From assembly GCA_963737655.1 (NCBI GenBank), contig CAVTTN010000002.1, forward strand, positions 6,400,001 to 6,464,000: DNA of 64,000 nucleotides. Direction: 5' to 3'. This DNA comes from an uncultured Planctomycetota bacterium (lineage in GTDB: Bacteria > Planctomycetota > Planctomycetia > Isosphaerales > Isosphaeraceae). Shown here in pieces: positions 43,849 through 54,440 of the stretch. Position numbers and translations under genes: made by a program. The notes beneath the pieces were generated by a model. It did not search any database. It was given only the letters and a program-made list of their open reading frames with translations, and was not told where the DNA came from. The first letter of the stretch is position 1. The number at the start of each line of letters is the position of its first letter.

Positions 43849-44694
43849 ATGCGACGGCCGAAGAACGCCGGATGGTTCTCGCTGGCGATCGCCCTGGTCA
43901 TGGCCTCGGCGGCCACAAGCCGGGCCGACGATGAGGCCGCGTGCCTGGAGCGGGTCAAGAAGGAATACCCGGCCGCCTTCAGAAAGCTCTCGGAACAGTA
44001 CGCCCAGGTCCGGGGAAGCGGTATGGAGACCACCGAGTTCACAGGGCGAGCGGGCATCACCCGAACGCGAACTCGTGTTGCTTTCACGATGGACGGCCCC
44101 TTTCAGAAAGTGGCCCTGTCCGGCCTTGAAGGCAGGACCGAGGGCCGCTCCTGGACGGCCTGCGTGACTCCCGAGGATAGCTTCTTGATCGAGACGGTGA
44201 AGGCCGGGCATGGTCCCGTCTTCACCGACCTGGGAAAGCCGGTCAAGAGGAACTCGGCGACGATGCAAGTCAACATGTTCCAACAGGACTTCTTGCGAAC
44301 ACTTTCCACCACGCCATCGACGCCGAGAGGTCTGTTCGCCGATCCGGCCGTCACCTTGAAGGGCGCGACTCCGGTGCAAAGGGACGGGAACTCCCTCGTT
44401 CGGATCGTCTATATCCAGGAACATGGTGCGGTGAAGCAACTCGAGGAAAACACTTTGCTGGTGGCCCCAGATCGCGGCTGGTTGGTCGTGGAACACGAGG
44501 GAAGCGCCGGCCGCATGGTGAGAATCGAGTACAAGGCGAAGGCCGACGGCCCGGCGGTCCCGAAAAAGATCACCATCGTCGCGGGTCCGACGACCCGGAC
44601 CTTCGAATTCGAGGACTTCCGCTTCGGGCCAAGCCCGAAGGACGAATTCACCCCCCGCGGGTGCGGATTCGACCCGCATCCCGACCCCGAGTGA
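43849..44694 (+). CDS. Hypothetical exported protein
   Basis: Signal peptide FSLAIALVMASAA; GGAGG upstream. Confidence 0.75.
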   Translation: MRRPKNAGWFSLAIALVMASAATSRADDEAACLERVKKEYPAAFRKLSEQYAQVRGSGMETTEFTGRAGITRTRTRVAFTMDGPFQKVALSGLEGRTEGRSWTACVTPEDSFLIETVKAGHGPVFTDLGKPVKRNSATMQVNMFQQDFLRTLSTTPSTPRGLFADPAVTLKGATPVQRDGNSLVRIVYIQEHGAVKQLEENTLLVAPDRGWLVVEHEGSAGRMVRIEYKAKADGPAVPKKITIVAGPTTRTFEFEDFRFGPSPKDEFTPRGCGFDPHPDPE

Positions 44695-44715
44695 GACAAT
44701 CTCAGGAGGTCGAAG

Positions 44716-45369
44716 ATGGAACCGCTGACGTCCCGCCTGCCCGCCGACCAGAGGGGCCGGCTCTCGCCGGGCTTCCTGGCCAATGAGCGGGATTATCTCC
44801 GAATGCGAGAGGAATTGCTCGCGACCCATCCGGGGCAATGGGTCGCCATCGAAAGCGGGCGGATCGTCGCCTCTGGCGAAGGCTTGATCCCCGTGATGGC
44901 CAGGGCCCTGGAAATCGCTCCAGGGACACATCCCTTCATCGCCCTGGTGGGAGAGGAGGAGATCGAATTCCGCATCCGTCGTGAGGAATTCGCCTACGAT
45001 GCCTCGTATCGGCCCCACCCGATGCCGCGGTTGGAGGTCACGTTCCGAGACTTTTCGGGGAACGTCGCCGGGACGTTCCCGGACGTGATCCCGGACACGG
45101 GGGCCGACATTTCGGTATTGCCCCAGGCCGACTGCGAGGCACTCGGCCTGGAAAATTCTCCTCCGCAGGCCCTGATCAGCCGGGGAGTGATGGGTCCTGG
45201 AATCTCGGCCGTGGCCTATTTCGCCCGCGCGGAAATCGATGGGCGGAGCGTTATCGCGATCGTCCAACCAGTGGCCGGAGGGTCCGAACGGATCGTCGGT
45301 CGCGAGGTCTTGAACGAATTTCGGGTCACCTTCGACGGTCCCGCCGGACGGCTGATCGTCGAAGGATGA
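44716..45369 (+). CDS. DUF5678-like domain fused to a retropepsin-like aspartyl protease
   Basis: LLATHPGQWVAI..GRIVASG; PDTGAD; IVGREVLNEFRVTFDG. Confidence 0.78.
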   Translation: MEPLTSRLPADQRGRLSPGFLANERDYLRMREELLATHPGQWVAIESGRIVASGEGLIPVMARALEIAPGTHPFIALVGEEEIEFRIRREEFAYDASYRPHPMPRLEVTFRDFSGNVAGTFPDVIPDTGADISVLPQADCEALGLENSPPQALISRGVMGPGISAVAYFARAEIDGRSVIAIVQPVAGGSERIVGREVLNEFRVTFDGPAGRLIVEG

Positions 45370-45404
45370 CCGCGCCCGACCCTCTCAATCCGGGTCGGGC
45401 GCGG
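45370..45404. terminator. Hairpin between convergent genes
   Basis: CCGCGCCCGACCC ... GGGTCGGGCGCGG. Confidence 0.6.
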
Positions 45405-45420
45405 CGGGGATCGGTCCGGC

Positions 45421-46608
45421 TCAGGCGGTGACGGCGACGGCCTCGGCGGCCTTTTTGAGGGCTTCGGCCTTGTCGGTCTTTTCCCAGGTGAACTCCGGCT
45501 CGTTCCGGCCGAAGTGCCCGCCCGAGGCGGTCTTGCGGTAGATCGGGCGGCGGAGGTCCAGGTGCTTGATGATCCCGCTGGGCGTCAGCGGGAACGTCTT
45601 GCGGACGAGCTCGGCGATCTCGGCATCGGCGATCTTGCCGGTGCCCTCGGTGTCGACGTGGATGCTGACCGGCTCGCTCACGCCGATGGCATAGGCAAGC
45701 TGGATCTCGCAGCGGTCGGCCAGGCCGGCGGCCACCACGTTCTTGGCGACGTACCGGGCCATGTAGGCGGCCGAGCGATCGACCTTCGTGGGGTCCTTGC
45801 CGCTGAAAGCGCCGCCGCCGTGGCGGGCCCGGCCTCCGTAGGTGTCCACGATGATCTTCCGGCCCGTCACGCCGGAATCGCCGTGGGGGCCGCCCACCAC
45901 GAAGTTCCCCGTCGGGTTGATGTGGTAGATGATCCCCTCGTGCGAGAGGTCCTTCGGCAGGCAGGGCTCGATGACCTGCTTCTTGATCGTCTCGACGATC
46001 GTCTTGTGATCGACGTCCGGCGCGTGCTGGGTCGAGACGACGACCGTGTGGACCCGCACCGGCACGCCGTTCTCGTACTCGATCGTGACCTGGCTCTTGC
46101 TGTCGGGCCGGAGCCACTTGATCGTGCCGTTCTGTCGCAACTCGGTGATCCGGTTGATGATCCGGTGCGACAGGGCGATCGGCAGGGGCATCAGCTCGGG
46201 CGTCTCGTTCGAGGCGTAGCCGAACATCAGGCCCTGGTCGCCGGCGCCGATGTCCTTGCCCTTGGAGGCGTCCTCGTTCACGCCCTGGGCGATGTCCGGG
46301 GACTGCTTGCCGAGGGCGACCATCACGGCGCACGTGGTGGCGTCGAAGCCCATCTCGCTGGACGTGTAGCCGATGTCTTTGACCACTTGGCGGACGACGC
46401 TGGGGTAATCGACCATCGCCGTCGTCGTGATCTCGCCGGCCAGGCAGACCAGGCCGGTCGTCAGGAGGCTCTCGCAGGCGACCCGGGCGTAGGGGTCCTG
46501 GGCGAGGATGGCGTCGAGGATTCCGTCGGAGATCTGGTCGGCCATCTTGTCGGGATGGCCCATCGACACCGACTCGCTGGTGAACAAATAGCGGCTGTCT
46601 TGCGACAC
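45421..46608 (-). CDS. metK: S-adenosylmethionine synthase
   Basis: [36 protein letters not shown] start. Confidence 0.98.
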   Translation of the reverse strand: MSQDSRYLFTSESVSMGHPDKMADQISDGILDAILAQDPYARVACESLLTTGLVCLAGEITTTAMVDYPSVVRQVVKDIGYTSSEMGFDATTCAVMVALGKQSPDIAQGVNEDASKGKDIGAGDQGLMFGYASNETPELMPLPIALSHRIINRITELRQNGTIKWLRPDSKSQVTIEYENGVPVRVHTVVVSTQHAPDVDHKTIVETIKKQVIEPCLPKDLSHEGIIYHINPTGNFVVGGPHGDSGVTGRKIIVDTYGGRARHGGGAFSGKDPTKVDRSAAYMARYVAKNVVAAGLADRCEIQLAYAIGVSEPVSIHVDTEGTGKIADAEIAELVRKTFPLTPSGIIKHLDLRRPIYRKTASGGHFGRNEPEFTWEKTDKAEALKKAAEAVAVTA

Positions 46609-46903
46609 GGCGAGGGGTCTCCTGCGACCTGGAAGGACACGATCGGCGGGAGCGGCCGGGCCTCCTTGCACCGAACCGCCCGATTTCGGTCTGTGAGTGT
46701 ATCAGTCCCCACCACGGAGTGTAAAGTCAACCCGCTTCAGCACGAGCCAGTTGCGCCGTGAGTGCATAGTTTCATAAATTAAGGCCGAGGGTGCGTTTCC
46801 TCGGCGTCCGCCCCAATTCCCCTCCCTGGATTCGACGTCCATTCGTGCGCCAAACCGTGTTCTTCTTGCCCTGCTGAAAATCCCATTGAGACTGAGGAAA
46901 CGA

Positions 46904-46969
46904 GTAGGTCCGACTTCAGTCGGGCCTACGAAAACCCTTTTTTATAGGCCCGACTGAAGTCGGACCTAC
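46904..46969. repeat. Second copy of the GTAG-type REP doublet
   Basis: Same 26-bp units as 1074-1140 (one mismatch), different spacer. Confidence 0.9.
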
Positions 46970-47415
46970 TCGTATCGATGCTCCGAAGGGGTTTTCTACG
47001 GGGCATGTTGTTCTCGTTTTTTCGACCGTCCTACCCCGCTGTTAGATGATTAAGGTGCGCCGGTGTCCTCGTCGGTCCGCGACTTGGTCTCGATACTCAG
47101 CCCTTGACCTTCCATGGAGATCCTTCGCACCGCCAAACCGCCCATCGCCTGGGACGGCCTGGAAGACACGCCTTCGCCTCACACCATCAAATCAACGGTG
47201 TCCTCGCCGTTGCCCGATGGTGAACTGCTCGAGAGGATGTCTTGGGTCGGGGACCGCATCGCTCGTGCTTGAAGGAGATCTTCAATCGTCCGTCCCGGGG
47301 ACTGCTTCGCGGCGCAGGCGGCCTGTTCCTCGGGCTGTGACCTTCCTACAATCGACGGCCGGGTCGTCCGTGAACTTGAACAGGCTTGAATCTTCGTCCA
47401 TCGAGGCCCGCCCGG

Positions 47416-49095
47416 ATGGCTCGGCTCCGTTCTCTCGCCGCGAAGTCCGTCGGGATCGGCCTGGGGATCGGCGCGTTATTAATCCTGAGTCCCTGGGTCG
47501 GTGTCTGGCTGGCGACGATCCCGCGGAGCGTGAGCCGGCCGGCGACGATCTCGGCGCTCTGGCTCGGGCTGGTCGTCCATGGCGGGCTCCTGGTCGCGGC
47601 CCCGGGTCTGGTGGTCGTCGGGTTCGCGATGGTCTGGCGGAGGAGGCGGCGGAGGCTTGCCTGGGTCGGCTCGGCCCGGTGGATGGTCCTGGGCGTGGCC
47701 CTCCTGGTCGGGTGCGTGGCGATCGAGGTTGCGGCGGCCGTCGTCTGGGCATTCGCCCATCGCTTGCCGACGCTTCCCTCCGCGTTCCCGGCGGATTCGA
47801 CCGGCGGTTCCCGGCCGTTGCGGATCCTGGCCGTGGGGGAGTCCAGCGCCCTGGGCGAGCCGTACCAGGACCGGCTGTCGATGGGAGGGATCGTCGGCTG
47901 GGGGCTGGAACGGGTCGTCCCGGGGCGGCGGGTCGATCTGGAATTCGCGGCCCGGGGCGGGGCGTCCCTGGAAGTCATCTTCCCGACCGTCGCCGCGATC
48001 CAGCGCCGGCCCGATGTGGTCCTCGTGTTCTCGGGCCACAACGAATTCCAGGCCCATCATCCGTGGGACCGCACCGTCCGGTACTATCGCGACGATCCGC
48101 CGGTGCCCTGGGCGGAGCGAGTCCTGGAAGGGGCGTCGCGGATCTCCTGGCTGGCGAGGCTGGTCCGCTCGGGGATCGAGACGCAGAGGCTGGATTTGCC
48201 CCCTCCGCCGAAGGTCACTCGCGAGGCCGTCGATCGCCCGTGCTGCACCGCCGAGGAGGCCGCCGAACGGCTCGCTTCGTACCGACGGAGGCTTGAGGCG
48301 ATCGCCCGATGGTGCGAGCGGATCGGGGCGGTGGCGATCTTCGTCGTCCCGGCCGGCAACGACGGCGGTTTCGAGCCCAATCGCTCGATCGGCTCGCCCG
48401 GGATGACCCGTTCGGAGCGGCTGGCCTTCGCCGGGGAGCTCGCCGAGGCCCGCCGCCTCGAAGCGACCGACCCGGCCTCCGCCGAGGGCCGCTATCGCTC
48501 GATGATCGCCCGCCAGCCGGGCTTCGCCGAGGCCCCGTTCCGCCTCGGCCGGCTCCGCGAGCGGGCCGGCGACTGGCCCGAGGCGATCCGCCTTCAAACC
48601 GCCGCTCGCGAACTCGACGCCATGCCCCAGAGGTGCCGATCCGCGTTCCAGGACGCCGTCCGGGAGGTCGGAGCGGCCCACCGGGCGATCGTCGTCGATG
48701 CCCCGGCGGTCTTTCGCCGCCTCAGCGATCATGGCCAGCTTGACGATGGGCTGTTCCACGACGCCCATCACCCGACGATGCGGGGCTACCTCGCCCTGGC
48801 TCGCGACGCCCTCGAACAAATGGGCGCGCGGAAGTCCCTGGGATGGCCCGAAGCCTCGCCCGTGCCGGACCTCGAACCCGACGTGGTCGCCGAGCACTTC
48901 CGGATCGATCGGCCCTTCCTGGCCGAGGTCTGCCGGAGGTCGGCGGTCTGGTTCGAGCGCGACGCCTTCATCCGGTTCGACCCGGCGGAGAGGCTGGCGA
49001 AGTCGGCCCGGGATTTCGAGGCGGCCGGACGGATTCTCTCGGGCGAGGCCCCGGAGGACGTGGGAGTCCCCGGGCTGGGCTGGAGGAAGGATTGA
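47416..49095 (+). CDS. Membrane-anchored SGNH/GDSL hydrolase-like protein with TPR
   Basis: Three N-terminal TMs, GESSALG, GHNEF, DAHHP. Confidence 0.78.
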   Translation: MARLRSLAAKSVGIGLGIGALLILSPWVGVWLATIPRSVSRPATISALWLGLVVHGGLLVAAPGLVVVGFAMVWRRRRRRLAWVGSARWMVLGVALLVGCVAIEVAAAVVWAFAHRLPTLPSAFPADSTGGSRPLRILAVGESSALGEPYQDRLSMGGIVGWGLERVVPGRRVDLEFAARGGASLEVIFPTVAAIQRRPDVVLVFSGHNEFQAHHPWDRTVRYYRDDPPVPWAERVLEGASRISWLARLVRSGIETQRLDLPPPPKVTREAVDRPCCTAEEAAERLASYRRRLEAIARWCERIGAVAIFVVPAGNDGGFEPNRSIGSPGMTRSERLAFAGELAEARRLEATDPASAEGRYRSMIARQPGFAEAPFRLGRLRERAGDWPEAIRLQTAARELDAMPQRCRSAFQDAVREVGAAHRAIVVDAPAVFRRLSDHGQLDDGLFHDAHHPTMRGYLALARDALEQMGARKSLGWPEASPVPDLEPDVVAEHFRIDRPFLAEVCRRSAVWFERDAFIRFDPAERLAKSARDFEAAGRILSGEAPEDVGVPGLGWRKD

Positions 49096-49134
49096 TCGGG
49101 CGGGCCGGGCCGCTCAGGGCCCGGCGATCGAGGA

Positions 49135-49476
49135 TTACTTGGCGGCAGGTTCGCCGAGCTGGAGCCACTTGCCGACCGAGTCCTGACCCTCGCGGAGGCG
49201 GTCCAGGACGGCCCGGCACGTCGGGTTCAGGGGCAGTTCGCGGAGCAGGCGATCGGCCTCGCCGGTCCGGCCCGGGGACCGCCCGACGCCCTTGTCGATC
49301 ATCCCGCCGTCCTTGGAGAACTCGATCCAGCAAACCGTCCGTTCGTGGGCGGTGGCAGACTTCTTGGCGTCCTTCTCGACCGCGCGGACCCCGTTGAGCC
49401 GGAGGCGTCCCTGGCCCTCGGAGGTCACCACGACGAGAAAACTGGCGCTCCGCTTTCCAAATCCGAACAACCCCAT
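49135..49476 (-). CDS. Hypothetical protein
   Basis: 113-aa ORF starting MGLFGFGK with host-like codon use. Confidence 0.6.
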   Translation of the reverse strand: MGLFGFGKRSASFLVVVTSEGQGRLRLNGVRAVEKDAKKSATAHERTVCWIEFSKDGGMIDKGVGRSPGRTGEADRLLRELPLNPTCRAVLDRLREGQDSVGKWLQLGEPAAK

Positions 49477-49829
49477 GGCACGAAATCCCATCTCGGGCGT
49501 TGGCCCGGCCATCCAGCGGCGGAGGTCGGGAGAGGTGCAATATCATGGTCGGCCCAACCCGGCGAGGCAAGGGCCCTGTCCGTTTTCTTCGGTTCGGAAA
49601 ATGGTGCCAGAGCAACGCCGTCCCGGACCCCGATCGCGCCCGGTCTCGGATCGCGACATCTCGGCGATCGAATTCGGAGAATCCCTGGAACGTGTCCGGA
49701 CGCCCCCCGTAAAGAACTCGGGAGGCCGCGATTCCGGCGGCCCTCCCGGGTGGCGTCGCGAGGGGACGTGACCTCGATCCGCCGCTCTTGCTCGCCTTCG
49801 GCCGGCGCCCTCGCGGGAGTCCTCAGATC

Positions 49830-50819
49830 ATGGACCGAACGCTCTCCTCCGGTTCCAGCGGGGCCGACGTCCAGGCGTTGCAGGGCGTCTTGAACCGTCG
49901 CCCGCCGACCTCGCAGCCCCCCCTGAACACCGACGGCCTCTTCGGCCCCAGGACTTCGGCCAGAGTCCAGGAATTCCAGAGGAACAACGCCCTGACCGCC
50001 GACGGCATCGTCGGCCCCAAGACCTGGGCCGCCCTCCGGGCCCAGGAACCGCCGGTCACCCCGAGGACCGGCATCCTCTGCGGCAACTTCGACCCCGCCA
50101 ACTTCGGCCGGGCCATGATCCTCCGCGAGGCGTTCTCCTCGGCCGTGGCCAGCAACGACGGGGGCGGAGGCGGGGCCCAGTTCCAGCTCGCCAGCTTCAG
50201 CCTCCCGAGCTTGCCGAGCTTGCCGAGCCTCCCGAGTCTCCCGAGCTTGCCGACGGTCCGGCACCTGACCCCCGGTCAGCAAGGGATGGCCACGGCGGTC
50301 TACGGGACGAGCCTGGATTTCTCGAGGATCTTCATCTCCGACGCCAGCGGGGTCCAGAATCGGGCCTTCACCGTGGCCGTGCCCTCCACCGGGTTCACGC
50401 CGACGATCCAGATCATGAATTGCGGGACGCTCACGCCGGGCCGGGACACGCTCATCCACGAGCTCGCCCACGTCTGGCAATCGCAGCATCACCCGGACCC
50501 GACCCAGTTCATGGTCAACGCCGGGGGGAGCCAGGCGGCGGCCGTCGCCGCGAACCTGGTGCTCGGGAACATCGACCCCACCCTCCGCTCCAACGCGGAT
50601 TTCCCGGTCCAGTTCCCCACCTCGGCCTACGCCTTCATCCCGGGCAGCCCGTTCGGCGATTACGGGGCCGAGCAGATCGCCAACGCCGTCGAGCACGGGA
50701 TCGCGGCGATCGTGGCTCACGTCAAGTCCGTCGCCGCGCTCGCCGTGGACTCCGACAACCAGACCAGCCTGGCCACCGTCCGAATCGGCGACCGCCGGGC
50801 GCCGGGGATCGTCTACTGA
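49830..50819 (+). CDS. Peptidoglycan-binding domain + HExxH zincin-like domain
   Basis: GADVQALQ, DGLFGPRT, DGIVGPKTW; LIHELAHVWQ; EQIA; LPS repeats in the linker. Confidence 0.82.
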   Translation: MDRTLSSGSSGADVQALQGVLNRRPPTSQPPLNTDGLFGPRTSARVQEFQRNNALTADGIVGPKTWAALRAQEPPVTPRTGILCGNFDPANFGRAMILREAFSSAVASNDGGGGGAQFQLASFSLPSLPSLPSLPSLPSLPTVRHLTPGQQGMATAVYGTSLDFSRIFISDASGVQNRAFTVAVPSTGFTPTIQIMNCGTLTPGRDTLIHELAHVWQSQHHPDPTQFMVNAGGSQAAAVAANLVLGNIDPTLRSNADFPVQFPTSAYAFIPGSPFGDYGAEQIANAVEHGIAAIVAHVKSVAALAVDSDNQTSLATVRIGDRRAPGIVY

Positions 50820-50964
50820 TCGGCCGGGGAACGGCCCGAGGGATGCGGGATGGGGGTCGATTCGCCAGGCTCAAGCCGGAGACCCGGGCGGCGGGCTCGA
50901 GCACCATCCTGGACAGACTCTCCGTGATGTCCGCAGTCCTCCCGTCCCCGAGTCTTCCCTCGGA

Positions 50965-51483
50965 TCAGCGGTTCCAGGAGCGATAGCCATCCGGGTCTTG
51001 CAGGACGGCCAGGATCCCGGAATGGGCCGCGAGGCAACCGGCGAGATCCTCGGCCGCTTGCGCCAGGTCCGTCCCCGAGGCGACAAAGACCAGGGCGACC
51101 GGTTCGTATTGCTCCTCGAAGCGCTCGCACGGGTAGGGGACCGCCAGGTAGATCGGCGGTGTTCGTGGGGGGCGCCCTTCGAGCAGGTCGTCGAGGCCCC
51201 AGATGTGGCGAGCGTAGGACCGAGTGGCTTGCCATCCACCGAGGATGGCCCCAAGCGCCGCCAGGTCCCCGGGGCCCGCATCCCGACGGGGGCCGATGAC
51301 CAGGAGTTGCCGATCGGTCTCGGCGACGGCCGAGGTCTTCCCCTTCCACCAGGACTTCTCCTCGGCCTCTCGCATCCGCGCGTGGATTTCCCCGATTCGA
51401 GGATCGAAAGGGGACCCGCTCGGATCTCGCTCGGTCCTCTTCACCACCCGACGGCCCAGCCAGCGGATCAAGCGGGACAGCAC
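50965..51483 (-). CDS. Hypothetical protein
   Basis: 172-aa ORF filling the gap after rsmH; no recognised motif. Confidence 0.6.
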   Translation of the reverse strand: MLSRLIRWLGRRVVKRTERDPSGSPFDPRIGEIHARMREAEEKSWWKGKTSAVAETDRQLLVIGPRRDAGPGDLAALGAILGGWQATRSYARHIWGLDDLLEGRPPRTPPIYLAVPYPCERFEEQYEPVALVFVASGTDLAQAAEDLAGCLAAHSGILAVLQDPDGYRSWNR

Positions 51484-51679
51484 GGCTCTCGTCGCCTACC
51501 CGGGTGTGGACGCCCCGATGGGCATGGTATCCGATGCCATCGCCGCCGCGATCGGCGAGCCTCGCGGATGTGCCGCGAGGCGGCGACGCTCGCGAGCCTA
51601 TCGGGCCCAGATCCACCAGGCAAGGACGATCGGGGCGGCGTCCCGGCAGAAAATTCCCCGGTGGGACCGTGCCCGGGTC

Positions 51680-52732
51680 CTATCCTCGGACCGCGAACCT
51701 CAGCTTGGCCGACGTCGACCGAGGATTGTCGCGCCTCTCCTCGGCGGAGGGGCGGATCACCTCATCGGTGATCGAGGCGTAGTCGCCGTGGCTCAGGCCT
51801 TCCTTGAACGCCGCCTTCACCCGGCGGTCTTCGCCGGAGTGGAACGAGAGGATGGCGACCCGCCCGCCCGGTCTCAGGCAAGTCGGCAGGGAGCGGAGCA
51901 AGGCGGCCAGGGCCCCGAATTCGTCGTTCACCGCGATCCGGAGCGCCTGGAAGACCCGGCGGACCACGTCTTCCATCGGGCCAGCCGAGGGGCGAGGGGT
52001 CCGGGAGCACGCCGCGACCACGACCGAGGCCAGCGCCTGGGTCGTCACCAGAGGGGCGCGTTTCTGGGCGCGATAGATCGCCCCGGCGAGCTCCTGGGCC
52101 TGGGGCTCCTCGGAGTTCTCCTCAAGAATCCGGGCCAGGGCCGCTTCGCCCAGCTCCGTCAACAGGGCCGACGCCGGCCGGCCCCGGCTCGGGTTCATCC
52201 TCATGTCGAGAGGTCCGTCGGCCTTGAAGCTGAACCCGCGCTCGGGGTTGTCGATCTGCATCGAAGACAGGCCGAGGTCCGCCAGGAGCACGTCGGCCCC
52301 GCCGGGCGCCTCGGAGGCGAGGAATCCCGGCATCGCCGCGAAATTCGCCCGTCGGAGGACCAGCGATTCGGGAGGGAACCCGAGGCCACGGAGCCGGGCC
52401 TCGGTCCTGGGCAACTCGATCGGGTCGGCATCCAGCCCAAGGAGCCGTCCGCCCGGCTGGACGGCGGCGAGGAGGACGCGGGCATGACCGCCATAGCCCA
52501 GGGTGCAATCGACGGCGACCTCCCCCGGCCGAGGTCGCAGGGCGCCGAGGACCTCGGCCACCATGACCGGCCGGTGCATCCCCGCGGGCGTCTTCCCCCC
52601 GGAGATCACCTTCGCCACGTCGTCGGGGTAGAGCTCGGGCTGGAGCTCCTTGTATTTCTCGTGAAAATGACGAGGATTCCGACCGCGATACCGCGCCCGA
52701 CGCCTCGGCTTCTCGGGAACGGGGTCAGTCAT
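51680..52732 (-). CDS. rsmH: RsmH/MraW family methyltransferase with N-terminal extension
   Basis: HRPVM, DCTLGYGGH, DLGLSSMQID, PLDMRM, FQALRIAVN, SFHSGEDR, NPRS.SAKLR. Confidence 0.9.
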   Translation of the reverse strand: MTDPVPEKPRRRARYRGRNPRHFHEKYKELQPELYPDDVAKVISGGKTPAGMHRPVMVAEVLGALRPRPGEVAVDCTLGYGGHARVLLAAVQPGGRLLGLDADPIELPRTEARLRGLGFPPESLVLRRANFAAMPGFLASEAPGGADVLLADLGLSSMQIDNPERGFSFKADGPLDMRMNPSRGRPASALLTELGEAALARILEENSEEPQAQELAGAIYRAQKRAPLVTTQALASVVVAACSRTPRPSAGPMEDVVRRVFQALRIAVNDEFGALAALLRSLPTCLRPGGRVAILSFHSGEDRRVKAAFKEGLSHGDYASITDEVIRPSAEERRDNPRSTSAKLRFAVRG

Positions 52733-53031
52733 TCGCGGATGTAGATCCAAAAACGGAGCGAATCCCGACCAGGGCCGCCAGGGTCCCCGGACGACGGCGC
52801 CGGGGCATCCGGATCGGGTTCGACCCGGATTTCAGGATACCGCCCGGCCCCTCCCCTGTCGATCACCGGACGCGATCGCTCCGTTTCGTGATGTCGCCGA
52901 TTGCTCTTGGTCGGCGCGGTTTGTTCCGACGGCGGATTTCCGATTCTGGATCGAATCCGGTAAGATCTCGCCGACGGAACCGATGTCGCGACGGGCCGCG
53001 GACGCCGTCGAGATGACATGAAGCACTCGAC

Positions 53032-54279
53032 ATGAAAAGCAATGCGTCCGCGACGATCCGCGACCGGATCGATGATCTCTACCGCTCCGACTCGCGTCGA
53101 GTGTTCGCTTCGCTCGTCCGGTTGCTGGGGGATTTCGATCGGGCGGACGATGCGACCCACGAGGCGTTCGCGGCCGCCGTGGAGATCTGGCAACGAGAGG
53201 GCGTGCCGTCCAATCCGAGGGCGTGGCTGGTCTCCACGGGGAGATTCAAGGCGATCGATGCCCTTCGTCGGCAAGGCCGGCTGATGGCCCTCCAGCCCGA
53301 GATCGCTTCGCGGGTCGACGAATTGGCCGAGGCCAATGCATCGCGGGCCGCCTCGGAGATCGAAGACGATCGATTGCGGTTGATTTTCACGTGTTGTCAT
53401 CCCGCCATCGACCCAGGGCTCCAGGTGCCGCTGACCCTCCGCGAGGTCTGCGGGCTGACGACCGAGGAGATCGCCCACGCGTTCTTGACGTCCAGGGCCA
53501 CGATGGCCCAGCGAATCGTCCGGGGCAAGGCGAGGATTCGCGAGGCACGAATCCCCTATGTCGTCCCGTCCCCGGACGATCTCCCCGAACGGCTGGACGC
53601 GGTCCTTTCGGCCATCTACCTGGTGTTCAACGAAGGCTATGCGGCCTCGCAGGGCGAGTCCTTGTTGCGGGTCGATCTCACGGCCGAGGCCATCCGCCTG
53701 GGCCGGTTGCTCCTCGAGTTGCTCCCCGATCCGGAGGCCCAGGGCCTCCTGGCCTTGATGTTGCTCCACGAATCGCGACGGGACGCCCGGGCTTCGGAGG
53801 ACGGCGAGATCATCCGGCTGGAAGAACAGGACCGCTCCCGCTGGGACCGGAAAATGATCTCCGAGGGCTCGGCCCTGGTCGAGCAAGCCCTCCAGTCGCG
53901 GAATCTTGGCGAGTACACCGTCCAGGCGGCCATTTCCGCCGTCCACGCCAGGGCCGCCACGGCCGAGCAGACGGACTGGAATCAGATCGTCGCGCTCTAC
54001 TCCATCCTCCACCGAATCGATCCCTCGCCGGTCGTCGAACTCAATCGGGCGGTCGCGGTCGCGATGAGGGACGGACCGGAGGCGGGGCTGGTCCTGATCG
54101 ATGCGATTCTAGAACGCGGGGACCTGGTGGACTATCACCTGGCCCACGCGGCGAGGGCGGAACTGTGCCGTCGCTCCGGTCGGGTCTCCGACGCGAAGAA
54201 CTCGTACGAGCGCGCCCTCTCGTTGGCTCGGCAGGAGCCCGAGCGGAGGTTCTTGGCTCGGCGACTGTCCGAACTCTAG
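53032..54279 (+). CDS. ECF sigma factor with long C-terminal TPR extension (ECF42-like)
   Basis: DDRLRLIFTCCHP, LTTEEIA, YLVFNEGY, QDRSRWD, SPVVELNRAVA. Confidence 0.9.
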   Translation: MKSNASATIRDRIDDLYRSDSRRVFASLVRLLGDFDRADDATHEAFAAAVEIWQREGVPSNPRAWLVSTGRFKAIDALRRQGRLMALQPEIASRVDELAEANASRAASEIEDDRLRLIFTCCHPAIDPGLQVPLTLREVCGLTTEEIAHAFLTSRATMAQRIVRGKARIREARIPYVVPSPDDLPERLDAVLSAIYLVFNEGYAASQGESLLRVDLTAEAIRLGRLLLELLPDPEAQGLLALMLLHESRRDARASEDGEIIRLEEQDRSRWDRKMISEGSALVEQALQSRNLGEYTVQAAISAVHARAATAEQTDWNQIVALYSILHRIDPSPVVELNRAVAVAMRDGPEAGLVLIDAILERGDLVDYHLAHAARAELCRRSGRVSDAKNSYERALSLARQEPERRFLARRLSEL

Positions 54280-54345
54280 ATTCCGTCGCAACTTCGGACG
54301 CGGAGTCCGCGGGGAACCGAGTTTCGGAAAGATTTTGGAGGAGGT

Positions 54346-54372
54346 TGTCGATCGGCGGGATTCTCGTTCGAC
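54346..54372 (+). promoter_or_regulatory. ECF42-type promoter upstream of the DGPF gene
   Basis: TGTCGA-N17-CGAC, matching the ECF42 consensus as recalled (TGTCGA / CG[AT]C). Confidence 0.65.
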
Positions 54373-54440
54373 TACTGAGGAACGGTCGCACGAGGGCCGA
54401 CTTCCTTCGCATCCCCAACCACCACGTTCGGAGCTCCGTC

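Noticed and set aside
46609..46800. SAM riboswitch upstream of metK
   Set aside because: No SAM-I/II core recognised; only a weak promoter candidate (TTTACA-N18-TACACT on the minus strand). An Infernal search would settle it
47040..47400. Small ORFs and a short repeat (CGGTGTCCTCG twice)
   Set aside because: Too short, no motif, no clear RBS or codon bias
52857..52885. Second ECF42 promoter upstream of the sigma gene
   Set aside because: TGTCGA is present but there is no CG[AT]C at the matching spacing
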